A stretch of DNA of 64,000 bases from Candidatus Sumerlaeota bacterium (lineage in GTDB: Bacteria; Sumerlaeota; Sumerlaeia; MWCT01; JAUWMI01). A model generated the notes under the pieces. That model had not been told where the DNA came from. It was given only the letters and a program-made list of their open reading frames with translations, and made no database searches. Every line of letters starts with the position of its first letter. The stretch's first letter is position 1. The DNA lies in NCBI GenBank assembly GCA_030613245.1, contig JAUWMI010000003.1, forward strand, positions 1,062 through 65,061. The letters run 5' to 3'. The translations under genes were made by a program, and so were the position numbers. Of the stretch, positions 37,502 through 47,148 are shown piece by piece.

Positions 37502-39438
37502 TGCAAACAGATCTTACCGAACCGACGCCTTCTCCATTGTCCTCCCCATGTCGCGTTTCTTCGTTTTTCCATCCTCAGATTGCGGTAATTTTGCTCCTTG
37601 CTAATTTTCTCCTGCACGGCTGGGTGCTGACAGGATATTTCCAGACGGACGATTGGTATAATATTGAGCCGCGCAGTGGGGCACAGGTATTGCAGACGTT
37701 TGTGGGCGACTGGCATGTGGGACAGCAGGGAGTCGGTGGATTTTACCGTCCGCTGGTGCGGGTGAGTTTTTCGGTGGATACCTTACTCTACGGTACGTGG
37801 GCGGCGGGCTACCATCTCACGAATTTTCTTTTTCACTTCCTGACGGTCTACCTGTTCTTTCTTCTTTGTAATACGCTGCTACGAAATCGTTGGGGAGCGG
37901 CGCTGGGCAGCGCGCTGCTCTTTAGCGCGTTTCCGACGCACCCGGAGGCGGTGTTCTGGTTGAGTGGACGTACGGATCTGATGGCAGCTGGCTTTCTGAT
38001 GCTCTGCGTGTGGAGTTACGCCAGGTATCGGCTGGAGCAGCGGCGTGGAGCGTATTGGGTGGCGTTGGTAGCATTTGTGGGTGCCTTGATGTCGAAGGAG
38101 ACAGGCCTGGCAGGCATCCTTTTGCTGGGAGTTCTTGAGTTGCTGTACAATAGTGGGAAGGACTTGGGATCCCGCGTGCTGTCGCGGGTTCGCCCGCTTC
38201 TCCCATTTCTTTTTATTGTGATCTGCTATATGTTCCTGCGCTTTCTTTTCCTGGGAGGGATTGGAGGATACGCGATTCGTCCCGGTGAACAGGCAGTTGG
38301 TTTTTCAACGCTCGCGCAGACTTACGATGCGTTTGCCAACGCGCTGGCTGCACCGTTTCGCTGGTGTCTACCAATATTGAGCAAGAGCGGATTGCTCGGC
38401 TTGCTGATGCTCGGCTTTATTCTGATGTGGGCGGTGCGCTTCGACCGGGTGGCGGTGTTCGGGTTTGCATGGGTTCTCATTAGTATCCTTCCCATGCTGA
38501 AGCTGCTTCCCTCGGTGAATGAAGGAGGACGACTTGTCTATCTGCCTGCTGCAGGGTATTGCCTGTTGCTCGGTTTTGCGTTCTGGCGTGGGGTGCGGGC
38601 GCAGGGGGTATGGCTACCGGGCAGGATTCTCCTCGGCGCTATTTTTATTATTGCAGTGCTGGGAAGTTTTACAATGCAAACCCTTCAGCGAAACCTTGAG
38701 TGGAAGCAAGCGTCGAGCGTTGCGCGCATGATTGCTACTCAGGGAACAGAGCTGATTCGTGAAAGCGGAGAGGACAAACGATTTGCCCTGATCGGAGCAC
38801 CGGACGATTATCAGGGATGCTTTGTGTTTCGCGGAGACAGTCCGATCCAGGCGTTTCGCGTGCTCCTGAGAAATCCAGCTCTTAAGTTACACGTCGGTTT
38901 TGATCCTTCTGATGATTCACAGACCGTGGTCTTGCGTGTTGACCACACGTATTACGTGCATCGAGAGGCGATTCAGGAGGTTGAGCGACTCCACTGGAGC
39001 GGTGAAGAGCTACTGGCCTGGAACACAGGTGAAGGGCTTACACCGCTGGAGCTAGAGGAAGGAATTGCCGAGACAAACATTATCAGTCAGCCATTCTCCG
39101 GACTTCAGAGTCCACCCCTCCATATGGAGGCAGTGTGGGTATTGGTCGTGCTGCGGCAAAAGGTCACGGGCGGGCAGTACGGAAAGATTTACTGGCGAGG
39201 TCCGCTGGAGCCCTATTCTGAAGAGCGCTCTACGTTGATCTATAATAATCGTCGCCGCGTGTTCCAGGATCATCATCGGAACCTGGGGTATGTGGCGCAG
39301 TTGGAGCAGCTGTTGATTCAGCCAACAGACAGTTACAGCCGTGTGGCAATAGCGGAAATTGACGTTGTGGGCTATCGGCTTACCAGTATGCCAGACGGGG
39401 ACTCGCTCGTCCGGGTCCAGGAAATGGCCGGGGAATAG
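37498..39438 (+). CDS. Large polytopic membrane protein, probably a GT-C-type glycosyltransferase (GT39/TMTC/DUF2723-like).
   Basis: 646 aa with ~11 TM helices at the N-terminus ('GGFYRPLVRVSFSVD' loop motif) and a ~250-aa soluble C-terminal domain. A 4-bp ATGA overlap with dxs suggests co-transcription. Confidence 0.4.
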   Translation: MMQTDLTEPTPSPLSSPCRVSSFFHPQIAVILLLANFLLHGWVLTGYFQTDDWYNIEPRSGAQVLQTFVGDWHVGQQGVGGFYRPLVRVSFSVDTLLYGTWAAGYHLTNFLFHFLTVYLFFLLCNTLLRNRWGAALGSALLFSAFPTHPEAVFWLSGRTDLMAAGFLMLCVWSYARYRLEQRRGAYWVALVAFVGALMSKETGLAGILLLGVLELLYNSGKDLGSRVLSRVRPLLPFLFIVICYMFLRFLFLGGIGGYAIRPGEQAVGFSTLAQTYDAFANALAAPFRWCLPILSKSGLLGLLMLGFILMWAVRFDRVAVFGFAWVLISILPMLKLLPSVNEGGRLVYLPAAGYCLLLGFAFWRGVRAQGVWLPGRILLGAIFIIAVLGSFTMQTLQRNLEWKQASSVARMIATQGTELIRESGEDKRFALIGAPDDYQGCFVFRGDSPIQAFRVLLRNPALKLHVGFDPSDDSQTVVLRVDHTYYVHREAIQEVERLHWSGEELLAWNTGEGLTPLELEEGIAETNIISQPFSGLQSPPLHMEAVWVLVVLRQKVTGGQYGKIYWRGPLEPYSEERSTLIYNNRRRVFQDHHRNLGYVAQLEQLLIQPTDSYSRVAIAEIDVVGYRLTSMPDGDSLVRVQEMAGE

Positions 39439-39442
39439 TTAC

Positions 39443-40249
39443 ATGGTCGAGAAAGTCCGAGTTGATCAGCTGCTCGTTGAGCGAGATCTGGTGGAGAGCC
39501 AAGAGCAGGCGCAGCGGCTGATCATGGCAGGAGCAGTGGAGGTTGAGGGAAAGCGCATTGAGAAACCGGGAGTGCGGATTCTGTCCACAGCACAGGTCAG
39601 AGTAAGTGCGCGGGGGCAAAAGTATGTGAGTCGCGGAGGACTGAAGCTGGAAGCAGTGGTTGAACATTTCGGCGCAGAGGTGACTGGTAAGGTGGTGGCG
39701 GACATTGGGGCGTCAACCGGCGGATTCACGGATTGTCTGCTGCAGCGCGGTGCTGCGCGGGTGTATGCGATTGACGTGGGCTATGGTCAGCTACACTGGC
39801 GTCTGCGGTGCGATTCGCGAGTGATTTGTATGGAGCGCTGCAATGCGCGGTATCTGAGTTCCGATTCGCTCCCAGAGCAGGTAGATTTCGTGACGATTGA
39901 CGTTTCCTTCATTTCATTGGCAAAGATATTGCCAGCGGTATGGCGGATTTGTCGCAACGATGCGATGGCAATTTGCCTGGTTAAGCCGCAATTTGAGGCA
40001 GGCAGACGCGACGTGCCGAAAGGCGGGGTAGTGAAGAATCCAGACATACATCGGGCAGTGCTGAAGCGAGTTGTGGCTGCTGCGCGGGATAGCGGTTTCT
40101 TGGTGACGGGCGCCATGGCGAGCCCTATTCGAGGGGCTGAAGGAAATCGCGAGTACTTCCTTGCATTGCAACGCAGCTCTGTCCGGCACGAGCAAGGGGA
40201 AGAAAACATAAATCTTGACGAAATCGTGAGAAATGCCTTTAAGATGTAA
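39443..40249 (+). CDS. tlyA: TlyA-family rRNA (cytidine-2'-O)-methyltransferase (hemolysin A-like).
   Basis: S4 RNA-binding N-terminus 'RVDQLLVERDLVESQEQAQRLIMAGAV' and the FtsJ-like MTase motif 'VVADIGASTGGFTDCLLQRGAARVYAIDVGYGQL'. The start was trimmed to the ATG at 39443 after the upstream gene's stop at 39438. Confidence 0.85.
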   Translation: MVEKVRVDQLLVERDLVESQEQAQRLIMAGAVEVEGKRIEKPGVRILSTAQVRVSARGQKYVSRGGLKLEAVVEHFGAEVTGKVVADIGASTGGFTDCLLQRGAARVYAIDVGYGQLHWRLRCDSRVICMERCNARYLSSDSLPEQVDFVTIDVSFISLAKILPAVWRICRNDAMAICLVKPQFEAGRRDVPKGGVVKNPDIHRAVLKRVVAAARDSGFLVTGAMASPIRGAEGNREYFLALQRSSVRHEQGEENINLDEIVRNAFKM

Positions 40250-40366
40250 GATCACAAGGTCAGATGGATATAGCGTGGAACGGCCTTTTTTCTTCTTAAT
40301 TCGTCCTGGATGGGAGGCGTATGCCTCGGTACGGTAGCGTGAAGGAAAGGAGCTAGAGAGGGGCCA

Positions 40367-41263
40367 GTGAAAAGAACGCGAACTGCGATTCGGGTTATTG
40401 GGGTGATGGGGAACGTCAGGAAGCGTGATGTTCTGGGCGTGTGCCGTAAGATACTTGCGTGGTGCAAGCGCAGGAGCATTCGGGCAATTGTTGAGAAGGA
40501 TTTACTTGAGCGGCTGCGGCTTTCGGACAAGGAGGCGCGGGCCTATAGAGGCAATGTCAAGCAGGCGGATTTAATTCTGACGCTTGGAGGCGACGGATTT
40601 CTCTTTTCAGCGGCGCGGCATTTATATCCGTGTTCGGTTCCTCTCCTGCATGTTAATCTTGGAAGCCTGGGTTACAATGCACAGGCGACAGCGGATGAGA
40701 TGTTTCACATGCTTGACGAGATGCGCCAGCACCCCCTGGAATGTCAGGAGCGCCTGATTCTGCAAGGGGAGCTGTGGCGTGGGCGCAAGCGTCTGCAAAG
40801 GTTTTATGCGCTGAATGACATCGTGGTCCAGAAGTCTACAGAGTCACGAATCATCCATCTGGCATTGAGCATAGACGGGCAGCTTGTGAATGAGTACCGA
40901 GCCGACGGGTTGATCGTGTCAACGCCAACCGGGTCAACGGCATACAACCTTGCAGCAGGCGGGCCAGTGTTACATCCTGGAGTCGAAGCGATTGTGATAG
41001 CAGCGCTATGTCCGCACAGCATTTCAAATCGAGCTGTAGTGGTGCCACCAACGTCTCTCCTGGAGATTCAGTTTCGCAAGCATAAGGATCGGGAAGACGC
41101 GGTAGTGTCGGTTGATTGCCAGGAGTGGCATACGTTGGAGCCGGACGACCGGGTACGAATTTGTCGGGCGCCGAAGAAGATGCGCCTTGTGGTAAATCCT
41201 AATTTGAGCTATTTCCGAGTGCTTCACGAAAAACTCGGCTGGGGAGAATCTATTGATGTGTAG
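40367..41263 (+). CDS. nadK: NAD(+) kinase.
   Basis: 'GGDGFLFSAARHL', 'NDIVVQKS' and 'DGLIVSTPTGSTAYNLAAGGPVLHP' are the NadK signatures. Confidence 0.9.
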   Translation: MKRTRTAIRVIGVMGNVRKRDVLGVCRKILAWCKRRSIRAIVEKDLLERLRLSDKEARAYRGNVKQADLILTLGGDGFLFSAARHLYPCSVPLLHVNLGSLGYNAQATADEMFHMLDEMRQHPLECQERLILQGELWRGRKRLQRFYALNDIVVQKSTESRIIHLALSIDGQLVNEYRADGLIVSTPTGSTAYNLAAGGPVLHPGVEAIVIAALCPHSISNRAVVVPPTSLLEIQFRKHKDREDAVVSVDCQEWHTLEPDDRVRICRAPKKMRLVVNPNLSYFRVLHEKLGWGESIDV

Positions 41264-43883
41264 CGTTGTATTTATGCGAAAGAGTATATTCTTCGGGATT
41301 CTGATGAGTGGCATGGCGTTAGTATACGGCTGTGGGTGCGTGACAGCATCGGGGCCTGAAGGAGAGAGCCATGTCCTTTTGGTTGAGATTCAGAATGTTG
41401 AACCACCCCACAACCGACTAACCGGCCAACCGACTAACCGACTGGTCGCTGTTGAGGGAAAGCCGCTATTCAGTGATGAAGTGCGGGAATTATTTGTAGA
41501 GTTTGGTATAAACCAGGGGTGCAATGTGATGCCTGCCGAGCCGGAAAAGGAAGACAAGGCCGGGCAGGCCAAGACGCACGCGTATCAGCAGTATCTGCGC
41601 GGTGCATGGCTTTTTGAAAACCGCCGCTATAAGGAGGCGCTTGAGTATTTTGAGCAGGCGAGTAGCGAAGACCCTGGATCGTTGCACATCCGCTATTCTA
41701 TCGCGACCTGTTACTTGCGTCTGGGGAAGCTTGAGAAAGTGCTGGAAGTGTGCGAAGCCGTTCTCAAAAAAAACCCAGGGGCCGCAGATGCCTTAATTCT
41801 TAAGGCCGAGACGTTCGCGGCCATGGATAACTATCGAAAGGCCCAGGAGCTCTACGAACAGGTGCTCGAAACCGAACCGAAGAATGTTCGAGCACTGGAG
41901 GCCCTGGGCAAGATTTATTTCAAGATTCAGGGCAATCTCGACAAGACGATTTCTGTGTATGAAAAAATCCTCTCGGTGAATCCGAAGGATCTCTATGCTC
42001 TGGTTATACTCGGCTCTGTATATGCTCTCAAGAACGATGTGGATAAGAGTCTGGCCTATTACGACCGAGTTCTGCAGCATCAGCCAGGCCTATTGAATAA
42101 GTTTATTCAGATGGGCACATTGCTGGAAGAGCATAAGCAATATGAAGGGGCGCTAAAGGTATATCGGCGGGCTGTCGTTTACGATTCAAAAAATCCGCTT
42201 GCACTGCAGAATTTTGAGCGTCTGGTGCTAAAGTTGCAAGGACGCGATGGGCTGCTTGCAGCATATCAGGCGCTGGCTGAGGAGTATCCGGTTGTCATTG
42301 AGCTTCAAGAATTGTATGCCAACCAACTCATGGAGATGGGGCGTTATGAAGAGGCGAGTAAGCAATTTGGCGTGGTGCAGGTGTTGAGTCCGGAGAATGT
42401 GCATGTGCAAGTTGCGCTGGCAAAGATTGCGCTGGCAGAGGGTAAGGAGAAAGAGGCTGGGGCTGCGTTGCGTAAGGCGCTTGAGCTGAGCTTGAATAAA
42501 GCGGATGTTTATACGCAGCTGGGGCTCTTTTGCCAGCAGCGGAAGGCCTACGCGCAAGCAGCCTCGTATTTTGAGCAGGCGAGGGAGCTGGCGCCGAAAA
42601 ATGCTGTTGTGATAATGCACTTGCTCCGCACGTATTATCGGCTGCAAGCGTATGACAAGATGGAAGCGCTGATCAAACAGAGCATTGCGGAGAATGAAAA
42701 ATCAGATCATCTGCATGCCCTCCTGGGAGGGTTCTATAGGGATCAGAAAAGGACGCAAGACGCCATTGAGTTATACCAGAAAGCAATAGCGCTGAAGCCA
42801 GCGGAGCTGTCCTACGTTGCGGCGCTAGGAGAGTTGTATTTGCAAACAGACCAGCTCGAGGAATTTCAGACGTTCGTTCAGGCGCAAGAGCAGCATTTTG
42901 AGAAGAATGCAAAAAGGTTCGACATGCTCATTGCCTCTTTTTACAATGACTACGGGAAGTTTTCCAAGGCCTTACCGTATTTACAGAAGGCTCTGGCTAT
43001 TGACCCAGCCGATCTTAGTCTGTATGGCTATTTAAGCTGGACGTATAATCGGCTGTATCAGTATGACCAGGCGATAGAGATTCTGGAAAAGGCCAAGGCG
43101 GAGCTTGGCGAGAAGGCCGAGTCTGTCGAGTACGACATGCTGCTTGCCACGGCGTATACAGACCAGAAGAAGTACGAACAAGCTGTGGCGCTCTACGAGA
43201 AGGTGCTTGAGCGTTCTCCAACCAATATTGAGGCGTACCGCTCGATCACGTTTTGTCTTAATAAGCAAGGCAAGCATAAGAAGGCCATTGACTATGTGGA
43301 GAAGGCGGAGAAGGCGATTGGCAAAGAGAAACCAGAGGTGGCGGATCTTCGGGCGCAGGCTCTTCTGGATCAGAAGCAGTATGACGAGGCAGCGGCGATT
43401 TACCAGCGGCTGATTGACCAGGATAAAACGAATGACCGCTACTATTTTCTGCTCGGTCAGGTCTACTATGACGCGAAGCGATTTACGGAAGCAGAAGTAG
43501 CGTTTCGCAAGGCCATTGAGTTGAATAAGAATAACGTGGATGCTTATAATAATCTCGGCTACATGTTTGCCGAGAACAAAATGCATCTCGACGAAGCCCA
43601 GAAGTTAATTGAGAAGGCGCTCGAGTTGCATCCGAATGCGGGCTACATTATTGATAGCCTCGGATGGGTCTATTTTCAAAAAGGAGACGTAGAAAAGGCC
43701 CTGGAGCTGCTCGAGAAGGCAATGTCGCTCTCCGCGGATGACCCTGTCATGTTTGATCATCTGGGCGACGCCTATCGGGCGAAAGGTGAGATAGACAAAG
43801 CACTGGAGTACTGGGAACGGGCTATCGAGATTGATCCGTCAATGCCAGATGTGAAAAGGAAAATTGACGAGCTGAAGAAATAA
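41253..43883 (+). CDS. Large TPR-repeat lipoprotein-like protein.
   Basis: 876 aa. N-terminal signal with 'LVYGCGC'. The rest is almost entirely 34-aa TPR units (W/LG/Y/A/F/A/P pattern). Confidence 0.6.
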   Translation: MMCSVVFMRKSIFFGILMSGMALVYGCGCVTASGPEGESHVLLVEIQNVEPPHNRLTGQPTNRLVAVEGKPLFSDEVRELFVEFGINQGCNVMPAEPEKEDKAGQAKTHAYQQYLRGAWLFENRRYKEALEYFEQASSEDPGSLHIRYSIATCYLRLGKLEKVLEVCEAVLKKNPGAADALILKAETFAAMDNYRKAQELYEQVLETEPKNVRALEALGKIYFKIQGNLDKTISVYEKILSVNPKDLYALVILGSVYALKNDVDKSLAYYDRVLQHQPGLLNKFIQMGTLLEEHKQYEGALKVYRRAVVYDSKNPLALQNFERLVLKLQGRDGLLAAYQALAEEYPVVIELQELYANQLMEMGRYEEASKQFGVVQVLSPENVHVQVALAKIALAEGKEKEAGAALRKALELSLNKADVYTQLGLFCQQRKAYAQAASYFEQARELAPKNAVVIMHLLRTYYRLQAYDKMEALIKQSIAENEKSDHLHALLGGFYRDQKRTQDAIELYQKAIALKPAELSYVAALGELYLQTDQLEEFQTFVQAQEQHFEKNAKRFDMLIASFYNDYGKFSKALPYLQKALAIDPADLSLYGYLSWTYNRLYQYDQAIEILEKAKAELGEKAESVEYDMLLATAYTDQKKYEQAVALYEKVLERSPTNIEAYRSITFCLNKQGKHKKAIDYVEKAEKAIGKEKPEVADLRAQALLDQKQYDEAAAIYQRLIDQDKTNDRYYFLLGQVYYDAKRFTEAEVAFRKAIELNKNNVDAYNNLGYMFAENKMHLDEAQKLIEKALELHPNAGYIIDSLGWVYFQKGDVEKALELLEKAMSLSADDPVMFDHLGDAYRAKGEIDKALEYWERAIEIDPSMPDVKRKIDELKK

Positions 43884-44068
43884 ATTCTTCTGCCAGTTTA
43901 TTGTATTCTCTTGAGTTAGATTTTCTTAGTGCTAACACACCCACATTGCTTTTCCTTATTCCTCTATCCTTTCCATTAACCGACAAACGGGCAAACGGAT
44001 TTTGGATGAAACGTCCCTTGATAACCGCGAGGAGCACGTAGAGTCTCGTACCCGCGCCACTTTTTCTC

Positions 44069-46054
44069 TTGCACGCAAGCCGCCATTTTGATTATCTAAT
44101 AATGAACCGTAGGAGTAAGAATATGAGGCTTTTTCTTTACAGTAATGAGGGGAAACCGCAGAAGGAATTTGATCTGGGAATAGGAGAACACGTGCTCGGA
44201 ATCTCCAGCGGGCATGAATTTGTAGAGTTAACGTCACAAGAAGAAGGCAAACGTCTTTTTCAGGTAGAAGTGACGGAAGACGATTCCGCAGTTATTTTGG
44301 ACTGCGGATGTGAAAATGGTTTATTCCTCAACGAGAAGAAGGTGAGCAAGGCGCATTTGAAAGCCGGCGATGAAATCGTTGCCGAAGATCATTTGCTCGT
44401 CTGCGAACAAAAGAAGGTGGTTCGCAATTATATATTTGTTTCGGAAGAGAGCAAAGACCCAGTGGAGCTTACTGACGATGCTGGCAATGTGACCATCGCC
44501 TGGATGCTATCCAGCTCAGAGGTGCTGGATCCTTCAGCACTGCTTGAGTCTGGTAGCGCTTATAGTCTGGAGAAGAGCCACAAGCAGTTGTTTTCGCTGC
44601 TCGAGATCAGCCAGGAGGTGAATTCGACATTTAATCTGTCGCACCTACTCGAGAAGATTGTTGACTACCTATTCCAGGTGATGCTGATTGAACATGCCAT
44701 TATCATGCTCACCCAGGGGCCCGGACAACCGCTGCCAATAAAGGTTGCAGTGCGGCGGGGCGTACGCAGCGATACGATTCCAGTGAGTCGAACGATTGTG
44801 AATACTGTTTTGCACGATGGGATCTCGGTGGCAACGGCAAATGCTCTGGAGGATCCACGGTTTCGCACCAAGGATAGTGTTGTGGAACAGCAGATTCGCT
44901 CGGCCATGTGTGTACCGCTGCTGCGCGCGGGCAAGGTGGTTGGAGTGATCTACGTTGACTCTCGGAATCCGGCAGTGACTTTTGAGCAGGAAGATTTGCG
45001 GTTTCTTGCGATTCTGGCGAACCTCACGTCCATTGCGATTGAGAATGCCACTCGCGTCAACAGGCTGGAATTAGAAATCAGCGGCTGGCGCGAGGAGTGT
45101 AAGCCGGACGAATACATCATTGGCAAATCGCCCAAGAGCATTCAGCTGTACGAGCTCATTAGGCGGGTAGCTGGAAGCAGTGTGACGGTGCTGCTGATGG
45201 GGGAAAGTGGGACGGGGAAAGAGATGGTAGCCCGCGCCGTCCATCAGTTAGGTCCGCGGCATGAGAGTCCCTTTGTAACCATCAACTGTGCGATTCTTTC
45301 AGAGAATCTGTTGGAGAGCGAGTTATTCGGCTATGAGAAGGGTGCGTTCACGGGGGCTGTGAACTCAAAGCCGGGGCGGTTTGAAATTGCGAGCGACGGA
45401 ACGGTCTTTCTCGACGAGATTGGCGAGATCAGCCCGGCGTTTCAGTCCAAATTGCTGCGGGTACTGGAGGGTGCCGGATTTGAGCGCGTGGGCGGCATTA
45501 GAACCATTACGTCCAGCGCTCGTGTCATTGCAGCTACGAATAAAGATCTGGAGGCCGAGGTCGCAAAAGGCAAGTTTCGAAGTGACCTGTTTTTCCGCCT
45601 GAATGTTTTCCCAATTTATCTCCCACCGCTATGTGAGCGGAAAGAGGACATCCTGATCCTGGCCGACTATTTCCTCAACAAATTCGCCACAGAGGATGTT
45701 AAGCATATTCAGGGTTTCACGGCAGATGCCAAGGCCTGGTTTTTGGAATATCACTGGCCGGGCAATGTGCGCGAGCTCAAAAACGTCATCGAACGGGCCG
45801 TACTCCTCTGTGATGAACAGCTCATCACCAAAGCAATGCTTCTCCATCCGTGTGGCGAGGGAGAGATATCCGGGCTGGACGTGCGTACCAGCAAATCCCT
45901 TTGGAAACGAGAAGAGGAGGCGATCGTTAATGCCCTGCGAGAGGCGGGGTGGAATAAAACCAAAGCCGCAAAAATCCTTGGTATTGCACGTCATCAGCTC
46001 ATTTATCGCATGAGCAAGTACCATATAGAAGAAGTTGATCTGGGAAAACCATAA
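44069..46054 (+). CDS. Sigma-54-dependent transcriptional activator with FHA and GAF sensor domains.
   Basis: N-terminal FHA-like ('[15 protein letters not shown]...GLFLNEKKV'), then GAF ('[16 protein letters not shown]'), then AAA+ with 'GESGTGKE' and the sigma-54 contact motif 'GAFTGA', and a C-terminal Fis-type HTH '[16 protein letters not shown]'. The true start may be the internal ATG (MRLFLYS, ~44123). Confidence 0.85.
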   Translation: MHASRHFDYLIMNRRSKNMRLFLYSNEGKPQKEFDLGIGEHVLGISSGHEFVELTSQEEGKRLFQVEVTEDDSAVILDCGCENGLFLNEKKVSKAHLKAGDEIVAEDHLLVCEQKKVVRNYIFVSEESKDPVELTDDAGNVTIAWMLSSSEVLDPSALLESGSAYSLEKSHKQLFSLLEISQEVNSTFNLSHLLEKIVDYLFQVMLIEHAIIMLTQGPGQPLPIKVAVRRGVRSDTIPVSRTIVNTVLHDGISVATANALEDPRFRTKDSVVEQQIRSAMCVPLLRAGKVVGVIYVDSRNPAVTFEQEDLRFLAILANLTSIAIENATRVNRLELEISGWREECKPDEYIIGKSPKSIQLYELIRRVAGSSVTVLLMGESGTGKEMVARAVHQLGPRHESPFVTINCAILSENLLESELFGYEKGAFTGAVNSKPGRFEIASDGTVFLDEIGEISPAFQSKLLRVLEGAGFERVGGIRTITSSARVIAATNKDLEAEVAKGKFRSDLFFRLNVFPIYLPPLCERKEDILILADYFLNKFATEDVKHIQGFTADAKAWFLEYHWPGNVRELKNVIERAVLLCDEQLITKAMLLHPCGEGEISGLDVRTSKSLWKREEEAIVNALREAGWNKTKAAKILGIARHQLIYRMSKYHIEEVDLGKP

Positions 46055-46219
46055 CCAGATCAGCGCGGCGGTGCGGCCAGCTGCTTGCAATAGGTGCCTG
46101 ATCGGACGCAGTGAGTAGAACACAGGCTTTTTAACATCTCCAGTACATCTTGCTCTATGTTCAAGATCCTGAAGTGGTACTGCTGGCGCAACAATTCAAT
46201 CTGCTTATAGAGGTGAGCA

Positions 46220-46876
46220 ATGACTGTGTATCAGATGATCAGTTTGGCCGGTATGGCCTCCTCGGCTACTAACAACGGTGCCAGGCCCGAGTTTGTCACC
46301 GTTCCTTACGAGAAGTTCTTTTCTCTGCTTCTGGTCATCAGCATCTTCATTCTTGTTGTAGGGGTTGTGTTGCTGATTGTGCGGTATTTTCTAGGGTTTT
46401 TAGAGCAGCAGAGAGAAGAGGCAGCCTCCGCCGCCAGATTCGAAGGACAGGTGTTGCGGGAATTTGGCGGGGCGAGCGGGCCAAAGGCTGAGCCATCATT
46501 GCATATGGCTCCTGCCGCTGCTGCACAACAGGTACCAGCCGATGAACACAGCCCGCCAGTGCCCCAAGCGCCGTCGGGCTCTAAAAAGGCGGACATGGAC
46601 CGTGCCACGGCAGAGCTGATAAAGAAGTTGCAAGCAGGAGGGCTTTACACGGGGACGGAGGGCACGATTTCGATGGAACAAGGTGGTGCTCAGGCGCAGA
46701 TTATTCGTTTGCAGGACAACAAGATCGCCCTGATCGTACCCTCCTACCAGTCAGAGCAATCCCTCGCGCAGTATGCGAAGCGCTTCGACTTTCTCTTTGT
46801 TATGTTAAGCGGGGACCAGGTGCTCGTGATACAGAGGTATCAGGATTTCGTCGCGGACAGGATGTCATTAGATTAG
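46220..46876 (+). CDS. Hypothetical single-pass membrane protein.
   Basis: 218 aa. TM helix 'LLVISIFILVVGVVLLIV', a Pro/Ala-rich linker and a C-terminal globular region. Confidence 0.35.
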   Translation: MTVYQMISLAGMASSATNNGARPEFVTVPYEKFFSLLLVISIFILVVGVVLLIVRYFLGFLEQQREEAASAARFEGQVLREFGGASGPKAEPSLHMAPAAAAQQVPADEHSPPVPQAPSGSKKADMDRATAELIKKLQAGGLYTGTEGTISMEQGGAQAQIIRLQDNKIALIVPSYQSEQSLAQYAKRFDFLFVMLSGDQVLVIQRYQDFVADRMSLD

Positions 46877-47148
46877 TTACTCAAAGTGCCCGAAAATATG
46901 GCGGGCATTTCGTGCATTTATCCGCCTCTGGTGGATAGCCTGGCTGTGGCGCCCCAGCTATAATACCTCAGCAAGCACAGATTCCTGAGCGAGACGTAAT
47001 GATGGCGCTCCGAGACGAATAACAACCGATCTCTAAAGCATTGGTTGTACAGGAGTTGAAAAATTAATAGCCGCTTTTAATAACATAATTGTTCAGAACT
47101 GACCGGGTGCAATTGGGTTGACGCTGTCCATGTATAGGCTATACTTTA

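Noticed and set aside
39359-39442. Upstream 28 codons of the long ORF preceding tlyA.
   Set aside because: They overlap the 3' end of the upstream gene. The TlyA homology begins at the ATG at 39443, which directly follows that gene's stop.
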